Part shown: in pieces, positions 19,056 through 27,012 of the stretch | Position numbering within the stretch: the first letter of the stretch is position 1 | Layout: each line of letters opens with the position of its first letter | Source of the DNA: Thermoplasmata archaeon | Lineage (GTDB): Archaea; Thermoplasmatota; Thermoplasmata; Lutacidiplasmatales; SKW197 | NCBI GenBank assembly: GCA_026414225.1 | Contig: JAOAJK010000005.1 | Coordinates: 10,609 to 74,608 of the forward strand | Direction of reading: 5' to 3' | DNA length: 64,000 bases | Program-made: the position numbers and the translations under genes | Notes under the pieces: generated by a model | Databases searched by the model: none | What the model was told of the DNA's origin: nothing | Seen by the model: only the letters and a program-made list of their open reading frames with translations

Positions 19056-20954
19056 ATGTATGGCTACGCTGGAAAAATTCTCTTCGTGGACCTCGGAAAG
19101 GAAAAGATCGTTGTGAAAAAACTTGAGCGAGCTAGGGCCAAGAAATATCTCGGGGGTGTTGGTCTCGCCGCGTCTTTTATCTGGGAGATGACCGATGCAG
19201 GAACCGACCCGTTGAGCACGGAGAACCCGCTCATCTTTGTCACTGGTCCAGTTAACGGCACAGGTTTTCCTCCCACCGGAAGGTTCGCTGTCTGCTCAAT
19301 TTCACCGTTAACGGGAATCTGGGGTGAGAGCCACGCAGGGGGTTTCTTCGGTCCCCAGATTAAATATACAGGGTTCGATGCAATCGTGGTGACAGGACGG
19401 AGCAATGAAAAGGTGTATCTCGCTCTGGATGGTGGGAAAGCAGAGCTGAGAAGTGCCAGGAACCTCTGGGGGCTCGATGTGCTGGAAACCACAGACCGGA
19501 TAAGGGAGGAGATGCCTGGCTCCGAGGTCGCCTGCATTGGTCCTGCGGGTGAAAATCTTGTGAAGTTCGCCTCAATCCAGGTGTGCAAATACCGTGCTGC
19601 GGGAAGAACTGGCATGGGGGCTGTGATGGGCTCTAAAAATTTGAAGGCGGTGGCGGCTAGGGGTGTTGGCGAGATTGAAGTATATGATGTGGATAAGTTT
19701 GTGGATCTGGTTGAGGAAGCGCGGCGGCGATACACTGAGGAGCGCTGGGGAATCGCGGCCCAGGAATCGCTCGGAAAGTATGGTACAACATCGCTGGTTG
19801 AGGCCGAGCAGGAGATTGGAAGGCTCCCGACGAAGAACCACACCACAGGCATATTCAGGGATTTTGACAAGATAGGGGGCGAGGCTGTGAGAAAACTTGT
19901 GAGGAAGAAGCGGAAGGCCTGCATGGGGTGTGCAATCCAGTGCAAGTATGTCGCAATGATCGACAGCGGCGAGTTCGCAGGCACCATCACCGAAGGCCCT
20001 GAGTATGAGACCCTCGTGGCTTTTGGCTCTGACGAGTTGAATTCCCGGCTCGATAGCATCGTTTATGCTAACTATCTATGCAACAAGCTCGGACTCGATA
20101 CCATAAGCACTGGCAAAAGCATTGCGTTCGCAATGGAACTGAGCGAGAAGGGTCTGATAAGCCAGAGCATAAAGTGGGGTGATGTCGAGGCAATGGTCAA
20201 ACTTGTCAGCGACATTGCTTACAGGCGGGGGTTCGGAAATGAACTCGCCGAGGGCGTCCGGAACCTTGCTGCAAAACTTGGTCCAGAGGCGGAGAAGCTC
20301 GCGGTCCATGTGAAAGGGCTTGAGATGTCTGGACAGGACGGAAGGGCCCACAAGTCAATTGGTTTAACCCACGCAATTTCTGTGCGGGGGGCCGACCACC
20401 TGCGGAGCATTTCCTGCCTCGATGAGCTCGGATATGTGGATATAGCGAAGGAGAGGTATCCTGAGGATGCAAAGGTTATTCTGGATTTGAGGAGCGAGAA
20501 ACTGAAGGGAATTCTGGTTGCAGACATGGAGACAAACTATGCAATTGTGGATTCTCTCATCATCTGCAAATACGGCACAATGTGGCCCCCGATTTTCTAC
20601 TATCCGGATTACGCACGGCTCATCTACTACACCACAGGGTTTGAGGAGTATCAGAAACCCGAAAATGTGCAGACCCTGGGGGACCGCATCTGCATGCTGC
20701 GGAGGGCGATAAATGCAAGACGGGGAATTACAAGAAAGGATGACACACTACCCTACAAGCAGTTGCATGAGCCGATGCCAGAGGGTCCAGCAAAAGGGGA
20801 GGTCGTGCATCTCGATGTGATGCTTGATGAATTCTACGATGCGAGGGGCTGCACGAGGGACGGGAAGCCGAGATACCGTCGGCTGAAGGAACTCGGATTA
20901 AAGCAGGTCGGGGATGAACTGGCAAAGGCAAATATAATTTCGAGCGAAAATTGA
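19056..20954 (+). CDS. aor: Aldehyde:ferredoxin oxidoreductase family (tungstopterin) enzyme, copy 1
   Basis: MYGYAGKILFVDL, AGRTGMGAVMGSKNLKA, CMGCAIQC, GPEYET, GLDTIS. Confidence 0.93.
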   Translation: MYGYAGKILFVDLGKEKIVVKKLERARAKKYLGGVGLAASFIWEMTDAGTDPLSTENPLIFVTGPVNGTGFPPTGRFAVCSISPLTGIWGESHAGGFFGPQIKYTGFDAIVVTGRSNEKVYLALDGGKAELRSARNLWGLDVLETTDRIREEMPGSEVACIGPAGENLVKFASIQVCKYRAAGRTGMGAVMGSKNLKAVAARGVGEIEVYDVDKFVDLVEEARRRYTEERWGIAAQESLGKYGTTSLVEAEQEIGRLPTKNHTTGIFRDFDKIGGEAVRKLVRKKRKACMGCAIQCKYVAMIDSGEFAGTITEGPEYETLVAFGSDELNSRLDSIVYANYLCNKLGLDTISTGKSIAFAMELSEKGLISQSIKWGDVEAMVKLVSDIAYRRGFGNELAEGVRNLAAKLGPEAEKLAVHVKGLEMSGQDGRAHKSIGLTHAISVRGADHLRSISCLDELGYVDIAKERYPEDAKVILDLRSEKLKGILVADMETNYAIVDSLIICKYGTMWPPIFYYPDYARLIYYTTGFEEYQKPENVQTLGDRICMLRRAINARRGITRKDDTLPYKQLHEPMPEGPAKGEVVHLDVMLDEFYDARGCTRDGKPRYRRLKELGLKQVGDELAKANIISSEN

Positions 20955-21001
20955 GTTGCCTAATCAGTAACCATTATAGCCCCGAGATTGTTCCCCCAAC
21001 C

Positions 21002-21892
21002 ATGGCATCCTTTCCTGATTTTGAGCCACTGGGACTGGAACACAAGGAATTGAAAAAGGTTCTCCTCACCGCTGACCCTTCTACCTCGGAAATGTGCTTC
21101 GGGAGTTTGTTTATCTGGCAGGATACCTACCCGGCCTACATTGCAAGAATCAGAAACGGATTTGTGCTCAGGGGTGAGGAAGAATTCCTGATGCCCGTTT
21201 GCGAGAGAAACCGCGAGGAAACGGAAAAGATTGTAAATGAGATTGAAGGCCATAATATGGCAATAGGAAGGAGGACTGTCTTCAAATTCACACCAAAGGA
21301 CTGTGCTAGCTTTCTGAAGGAAAGAGGTTACAATGTGGTTGAAGACAGGGATAACTTTGACTACCTTTACCTTACCGAGCACCTCGCCACACTCCCAGGG
21401 CAAAAATACTATAGCAAGAGGAAGGACATAAAAAAATTTGTTGAGAAAGCCGCGGGAAAGGCGGAATTTCTGGAATTGAAGCAGGACCACCTTGAGCAGT
21501 GCCTCAGGTTAAATCTGGACTGGATTGAGGAGAAGAACCTTGGCAGGGACTTTCATGTAATGGCCGAGCACAGGGCACTGGAAAGAGCGGTCAGGCATTA
21601 TAACGAACTTGAGTTTCTCGGTTACGGGGTTTTGCTTGATGGAAAGGTGGTGGGCTTCACAATTGCAGAACCCCTGAACAAAGAGACCGTGGTGGTGCAC
21701 TTCGAGAAGGGGGATTACCGGTTATCCGGAATTTACCAGTATATAAATCAGAAGTTTGCGGAAACAATGCTGGGCAAATATAAATACATCAACAGGGAGC
21801 AGGACCTTGGAATACCTGGCTTGAGGAAGGCAAAGGAATCCTATCACCCCCTCACCCTCGTGGAGAAATACACCTGCACAAAATCGCAGTGA
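21002..21892 (+). CDS. DUF2156 / aminoacyl-phosphatidylglycerol synthase C-terminal-like (double GNAT) protein
   Basis: DRDNFDYLY, VVHFEKG, YINREQDLGIPGLRKAKESYHP signature. Confidence 0.88.
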   Translation: MASFPDFEPLGLEHKELKKVLLTADPSTSEMCFGSLFIWQDTYPAYIARIRNGFVLRGEEEFLMPVCERNREETEKIVNEIEGHNMAIGRRTVFKFTPKDCASFLKERGYNVVEDRDNFDYLYLTEHLATLPGQKYYSKRKDIKKFVEKAAGKAEFLELKQDHLEQCLRLNLDWIEEKNLGRDFHVMAEHRALERAVRHYNELEFLGYGVLLDGKVVGFTIAEPLNKETVVVHFEKGDYRLSGIYQYINQKFAETMLGKYKYINREQDLGIPGLRKAKESYHPLTLVEKYTCTKSQ

Positions 21893-21990
21893 GCACTTTC
21901 ACTCCTGATTTCGGTTGAAAACCGCGAAAGCCAGATTGAAAAAATTTTGCAAACGAGCTACTTTCACTTTCACTCACCCCTGCCGTTGAG

Positions 21991-22027
21991 ATATATAAAC
22001 CTCTCTCACCATATACTTCTTGGTGAT
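21991..22027 (+). promoter_or_regulatory. TATA box and GGTGA RBS of the 31-aa micro-ORF
   Basis: ATATATAAAC at 21991-22000; GGTGA at 22022-22026, 5 nt before ATG 22032. Confidence 0.6.
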
Positions 22028-22031
22028 AAAA

Positions 22032-22127
22032 ATGCAGGAAGAATTTGACTGGTGTTCCTGGGAAGAAATCTACAGGGCCCTCGGGGTGGAGGTTTACCCT
22101 GCGGAAGAGGCGGAAACCGCAGAGTGA
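22032..22127 (+). CDS. Putative 31-aa acidic micro-protein (below ORF-track cutoff)
   Basis: MQEEFDWCSWEEIYRALGVEVYPAEEAETAE*, with upstream TATA, consensus RBS and downstream T-tract. Confidence 0.6.
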   Translation: MQEEFDWCSWEEIYRALGVEVYPAEEAETAE

Positions 22128-22176
22128 TCCCACCCCCGAAAATCCGGATGCTCCCATCATTTTCATCATCCCACCC

Positions 22177-22190
22177 TTCTTATTTTTTTT
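22177..22190 (+). terminator. Oligo-T archaeal-type terminator
   Basis: TTCTTATTTTTTTT between the micro-ORF and tRNA-Phe. Confidence 0.5.
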
Positions 22191-22248
22191 CAGGAGATGT
22201 GGCATCTTCCCGAAAAATTAATGTATTCCCTTTATTTCCCTGGAATAA

Positions 22249-22321
22249 GCCGCGGTAACTCAGTTGGGAGAGTGCCAGACTGAAGATCTGGAAGCCGCCG
22301 GTTCAAGTCCGGCCCGCGGCA
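22249..22321 (+). tRNA. tRNA-Phe(GAA)
   Basis: GCCGCGG/CCGCGGC acceptor, CCAGA-CTGAAGA-TCTGG anticodon arm, GTTCAAGT T-loop. Confidence 0.96.
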
Positions 22322-22349
22322 CTTTTGATTGTAACTGTGTTTCCGGCAC

Positions 22350-23582
22350 TCACTTCTGCCTGAGCAAGAAAAATGCCACAACAAGCCCTATCAGGGCCAG
22401 TACGCAAACATAGGGGAACACATTGAGATAGCTCCCAGTTGTATCCTTGATGTAGCCGGCCAGCAGTGGCCCTGCAATCGCACCCGCCCCGTACGCTACG
22501 AAGACCACGCCGTAACATCTCGGGTAATCCTTTGTGCCGAAGAATGCGGCGGTTGCGGCGGGCGCTATGGCGAGCCATCCTCCCAGACAGCCCCAGAGAA
22601 TCGCGAAGGAAAGAAGGTAGATTTCCATCGTGGGTTTCAGTATGAGGAGCAGGGCACTCAGGGCAATCAGGGCAAAGGAGAGGATTGCTGTTTTCCGCGG
22701 CTTGAGCATGTCAGTGAGTTTCCCGAAGGCGGGTCTTCCCAGACCGTTGAAAATCGCGAAGAAGCCAACGAGCATCGCTGAAATTCCAGCGGGCACATTC
22801 ACTTCGGCGCTCACCTGTTTCGAAATTCCTATCGCCATCAGGCCAGCCAGACAGCCGATGAAGAAACTGAACCAGAGACCGTAAAAAGTCGGGGTTCTGA
22901 GCATTTCCTCCCTCGTGTAGTCAGTTTTCTTTTTCTCCTCTTCCTTTGCAGGCGGTTGCCAGTTTCTCGGCTTCCAGCCAGATGGTGGAAATTTCATCGG
23001 GAGTGCGAGAAGAATGATCAGGGCTATGAACAGCAATCCGAAGATTCTGAGGGAGGCCATTATTCCATAGGCACCTATAAGCCAGTTTGCAAGGTTTGCG
23101 GTGACAAACGCGGAAAATCCGAACCCGAGAACGGTTAAACCAACCGCAAGCCCCTTGTTGTCAGGGAACCATCGGGTGGAAACGGCAATAGGACATCCGT
23201 AGGCGATGCCAACACCCAGACCTCCAATGACTCCATAGGTGAAGTACATCATTTCAATTCTGGTTGAAAATGAGGCGGAGAGCCAGCCAAGCCCTGTGAG
23301 CACACCCCCCACAATCGTGATTTTTTTTGGCCCGAATTTTTCAATGTATTTGCCTGTGAGCGGCATTGCAATTGCGAAGCAGGCGAGAAAGATTGAGAAG
23401 GGGAGCAACATCTGGGTATCCGAGGGTGCAGTTCCAAGTGCGGTAAAGTAACCCTGAAGGGGTTTCTGAAACACAGTCCAGGAGTAAATTGTGCCCAGGC
23501 AGAGATTGACCACAAGACCACATACCACAAGCAACCATCTTCCTTTTTCCGCATCGATGCCGAGGATTTTTTCACCGGACAT
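22350..23582 (-). CDS. MFS transporter, oxalate:formate antiporter (OFA)-like
   Basis: About 12 TM segments; GTIYSWTVF, RWFPDNKGLAVG, FNGLGRPAFG, FFGTKDY. Confidence 0.9.
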   Translation of the reverse strand: MSGEKILGIDAEKGRWLLVVCGLVVNLCLGTIYSWTVFQKPLQGYFTALGTAPSDTQMLLPFSIFLACFAIAMPLTGKYIEKFGPKKITIVGGVLTGLGWLSASFSTRIEMMYFTYGVIGGLGVGIAYGCPIAVSTRWFPDNKGLAVGLTVLGFGFSAFVTANLANWLIGAYGIMASLRIFGLLFIALIILLALPMKFPPSGWKPRNWQPPAKEEEKKKTDYTREEMLRTPTFYGLWFSFFIGCLAGLMAIGISKQVSAEVNVPAGISAMLVGFFAIFNGLGRPAFGKLTDMLKPRKTAILSFALIALSALLLILKPTMEIYLLSFAILWGCLGGWLAIAPAATAAFFGTKDYPRCYGVVFVAYGAGAIAGPLLAGYIKDTTGSYLNVFPYVCVLALIGLVVAFFLLRQK

Positions 23583-23708
23583 TGAGAACACCTCAAGAGC
23601 GGAAGAGAAGGGAGATATAAACGCTTTGCCACAACGGACAAAAGCGCGCCCCTGATGGGCAGGCATGTGACCCGGATGAAATGCGGATAAGCTGTGGGAA
23701 AAAAATCC

Positions 23709-24362
23709 CTATACCCTTTTACATCCCCTCTTTATGTAACCCCTCAACATCTTACCGTACTGAACAACAACGCTTCCCAGCCCCCGAGAGCTTCCTTGGA
23801 CTTTAGCCCAACCCCTAGCAATCTGTTCCAGGAGGTTCTCAGCATTTTCGGCGTCAGCAACCACATAACTCGTTCCTACCTCATAAAGAGAATGGGCATC
23901 AGAACCTGCACTACGTCCCTTTTTCCTCATCTCAGCAACCTCCCCTGCCCTCCTGTTCGCTCTTGCACTGTTCCTTGAATTCTGGACCTCTATTGCGTCG
24001 CAGTAAACCCTGCACACGGCCCCGCCAATTCCAGAGACCATCCTGAAAGGATGCGGGATCACAACAAACCCCCCAGCATCCCTTATTCTTTCCACAGTTT
24101 CCTCAACAGAAAGCCCTGGCTTTATCTCGACATCCAGATTATACCCGATGACATGCCCTGCTTTCGTGCTTACCTCGATTCCAGGAACTACGAAAACTCC
24201 GAGGCTCCTGCCGAGCTTCACCCCGTGCAACGCACCCTTCAGCCGGTTGTGGTCTGTAATGCCCACCCCAATGCCCATATTCCTTGCATACCTCAGCAAT
24301 TCCAGAAGCTCAATTTCTGAGTCCTGGGAATACACGGTGTGGATGTGCATGTCTACCTTCAC
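23709..24362 (-). CDS. PHP-domain phosphoesterase
   Basis: DMHIHT, ITDHN, GIEVST, PHPF, GSDAH. Confidence 0.92.
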   Translation of the reverse strand: MKVDMHIHTVYSQDSEIELLELLRYARNMGIGVGITDHNRLKGALHGVKLGRSLGVFVVPGIEVSTKAGHVIGYNLDVEIKPGLSVEETVERIRDAGGFVVIPHPFRMVSGIGGAVCRVYCDAIEVQNSRNSARANRRAGEVAEMRKKGRSAGSDAHSLYEVGTSYVVADAENAENLLEQIARGWAKVQGSSRGLGSVVVQYGKMLRGYIKRGCKRV

Positions 24363-24614
24363 TCAACCACCCAGAACACTCGAGAAAAACTTTACAACAT
24401 CCCCATCTTCGAGGACCCTGCATTTCTCAACTCGCTGGCCATTAACCACTACTATTGTTGTCTCCGTGGATACAATTTTCCAGTGGAGTTCGGGCAACTT
24501 CCTGGCAATCTCGGCGACCACGGCCTCTACCGTAGCCCCCTCCGGTAACGACAGCATAACTTCTCTTGCGTAATCTCTGAAAGCCCCGTAAAACTCAACC
24601 TTGATGCTCGGCAT
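24363..24614 (-). CDS. MoaD/ThiS/SAMP ubiquitin-like sulfur carrier
   Basis: VVNG, LEDGDVVKFF, C-terminal GG; directly follows AOR copy 2. Confidence 0.88.
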   Translation of the reverse strand: MPSIKVEFYGAFRDYAREVMLSLPEGATVEAVVAEIARKLPELHWKIVSTETTIVVVNGQRVEKCRVLEDGDVVKFFSSVLGG

Positions 24615-26460
24615 AGGCCTCCATCGCGATTTCCCACTCATTCACAAGTCCAAGTTTCTCCGCACATTCCCTGGTCGGAAGTCCGTTTTCATCCCAGTTC
24701 CTCAGCAGGTAGTATTCCTTCAACATCACTTCCAGGTTAACAACCTGTCCCTTTGAGGGTCCGTCTGGTAGTGGCTCCTTCAAAAATCTTTCTGGCAAAT
24801 AATCATCCGTTGCATCCAGTCCCTCACGGACATTGAACAATCTTCTGAGAGTGGCGATCCTCTCTCCGACGGTTGCCAGTTCTTCCTTCGCAAACTTAAG
24901 CCCTGTAACCGGGTAAAGAATTTCCGCAAAGTCCTCAAGCCAGAAAACTGGAGGCCAGCCGCAGGTATACCAGCAGGTTATCAGCGAATCACGGACAGCA
25001 AACACATCCTCGCAGACCTTCACGGCCATCGCTTTGTTGGTCTCCGAGTAGGGGTCGCAGATTTCTGGCAAGGTGTGTTCTCCGAAACGGTGCTTTGCTG
25101 CCTCCTTATAACCCAGCTGGTCAACAGTGACCAAGGAACGGAGATGGTCAGCACCCCTTACTGAGATTGCGTGTGTAAGTCCAACGGAGCGATGGGCCCT
25201 GCCATCCTGCCCGGAAATTTCCAGCCCTTTGACCTCCATTGCAAACTTCTCCGCACCGAGTTTCCCCGCTACACTTCGCATCCCTTCAGCCAGCAAATCC
25301 CCTATACCCTCTCGCTCCCCGATCATTTTCACGAGTTTCACGACCGTTTTGCCATCGCCCCATTTTATCGGAAACCCGCTTTTCAGCAGGCCATGTTCAT
25401 GGCACTCCATGGCGAAGGCAACCACGCAGCCAGCAGAGATTGTGTCCAATCCATACTCATTGCAGAGATAATTTGCTTCGAGAATTGCCTCAAAGTCAGA
25501 AACCATGCAGTTTGAGCCAAAGGCCATCGTGCCTTCATATTCCGGTCCTCCTGAGATTGTTTTTCCAGCCCTGTAAACCTTCTTGCATCTTGTCCTGCAG
25601 TTGAAGCAGGAGCGATGCTTCACAAAATACTTTTCTCGCAAGTATTCGCCGGTTATCTTATCCGCACCCTCAAATATCCCTCTTGAGTGATTCCTCGTGA
25701 CTAGTTCGCCGATCGCTGATTTGTAGGCAACCAAAATGTTGGTGCCGATGTTGTGAAGGTCGTTGTTTTGCTGGCTTTTCCGTAGCTTGGTCTCCGCTTC
25801 AATTATCTTCCTGATGTAATTATCGGCGTCATGAACCCCGAAATTGCCAGTGCCCCGCACGGCAATCGCCTTTAGCTTTTTCACGCCCATCACCGCTCCG
25901 AGTCCGCAGCGTCCCGCTGCACTGGCATAGTTTGTGATGATTGCCGCATACTTCACCAGCTTCTCTCCAGCCCGTCCGATGCTCATCACCTCGCACTCTG
26001 GCAATCCTTTTTTGAGCTTCGTCTCCACCTCATGCGTGTTCTTACCCCAGAGTTCAGCAGCATCCTTTATGTCAACCTCCCTGTCATTTATCTCCAGATA
26101 TACTGGCCTTTCTGAGGCGCCTTCAATTATAAGGAAATCATAGCCGGCATACTTGAGTTCAGGTGCAAAGAAGCCGCCAAAATGGGATTCTGCCCAGATA
26201 CCTGTTGCCGGGGATTTGGAGCAGACTACACCCCTGCCTGCGGACATCCAGAGTGTGCCAGTAAGAGGGCCAGTTCCGAAAATTAACTTGTTTTCAGGTG
26301 AGAGCGGGTCAATCCCTGGCTTCAATTCCTCAAACAGGAGTTTAGCACAGATGCCCGTGCCTCCAATGTAATTCCTGATCAAATCTTCAGGCAGCTTCTC
26401 CTCCGCTGTATTCCCATCGCTCAAATTCACCCGGAGGATTCTGTTATTATAACCCTTCAT
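24595..26460 (-). CDS. aor: Aldehyde:ferredoxin oxidoreductase family enzyme, copy 2
   Basis: MKGYNNRILRVNL, AGRCGLGAVMG, CFNCRTRC, GPEYE, GLDTIS. Confidence 0.93.
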   Translation of the reverse strand: MKGYNNRILRVNLSDGNTAEEKLPEDLIRNYIGGTGICAKLLFEELKPGIDPLSPENKLIFGTGPLTGTLWMSAGRGVVCSKSPATGIWAESHFGGFFAPELKYAGYDFLIIEGASERPVYLEINDREVDIKDAAELWGKNTHEVETKLKKGLPECEVMSIGRAGEKLVKYAAIITNYASAAGRCGLGAVMGVKKLKAIAVRGTGNFGVHDADNYIRKIIEAETKLRKSQQNNDLHNIGTNILVAYKSAIGELVTRNHSRGIFEGADKITGEYLREKYFVKHRSCFNCRTRCKKVYRAGKTISGGPEYEGTMAFGSNCMVSDFEAILEANYLCNEYGLDTISAGCVVAFAMECHEHGLLKSGFPIKWGDGKTVVKLVKMIGEREGIGDLLAEGMRSVAGKLGAEKFAMEVKGLEISGQDGRAHRSVGLTHAISVRGADHLRSLVTVDQLGYKEAAKHRFGEHTLPEICDPYSETNKAMAVKVCEDVFAVRDSLITCWYTCGWPPVFWLEDFAEILYPVTGLKFAKEELATVGERIATLRRLFNVREGLDATDDYLPERFLKEPLPDGPSKGQVVNLEVMLKEYYLLRNWDENGLPTRECAEKLGLVNEWEIAMEAYAEHQG

Positions 26461-26868
26461 TTACCTCACCTCTTTGAGGGAGAGAACCCCTTCCGGGCAG
26501 TGTTCAATACACCTTGCCAAACCGTTGCACAGGTCGCACTTCACTGCCTTCTTCAGCAATGGATGAATCTTTATCCCCTGATAGGGGCAGGCGCGGACAC
26601 AGGCGGCACAGCCAGTGCATTTATCATGGTCAACAGTCAAAACACCAGCATTGTTATGAACCAGCGCCCCGAATTTACAGGCTGCAAGGCAAGCGGGCTT
26701 CACGCACTGCCTGCAGATAACCGGGTAATCGATATCCGGCTCCTCCTTCACAATCCTTATTCTCCCGTGCTTCCAATTCTGGCTTTCTGCGTTGTACCAT
26801 GCACACACAGAGGCGCAGACCCTGCATCCACTACAACCCTTGTCTGAACACTCCACTTTTTTGTGCAT
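26461..26868 (-). CDS. Multi-[4Fe-4S] electron-transfer subunit associated with AOR
   Basis: CSGCRVCASVC, CRQCVKPACLAAC, CTGCAACVRACP, KCDLC; real start probably ATG 26868. Confidence 0.9.
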   Translation of the reverse strand: MHKKVECSDKGCSGCRVCASVCAWYNAESQNWKHGRIRIVKEEPDIDYPVICRQCVKPACLAACKFGALVHNNAGVLTVDHDKCTGCAACVRACPYQGIKIHPLLKKAVKCDLCNGLARCIEHCPEGVLSLKEVR

Positions 26869-27012
26869 GGGAAGAGAAAGGAGTGGGAGTATAAAAGGGT
26901 TGATAGGACAGCCCTCCAAAAATATTCCACCGCCAATGGCCTGTCTCCCAAATTTCGTTAAGCATCCCCCTTCGGAAAACTTCTTATAATCCATCTAATT
27001 TAGTGAGCATGT

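Noticed and set aside
22081-22139. SECIS element or SRP RNA fragment
   Set aside because: It lacks the archaeal SECIS GAA/A loop geometry and the SRP helix-8 motif. No selenoprotein candidate was seen.
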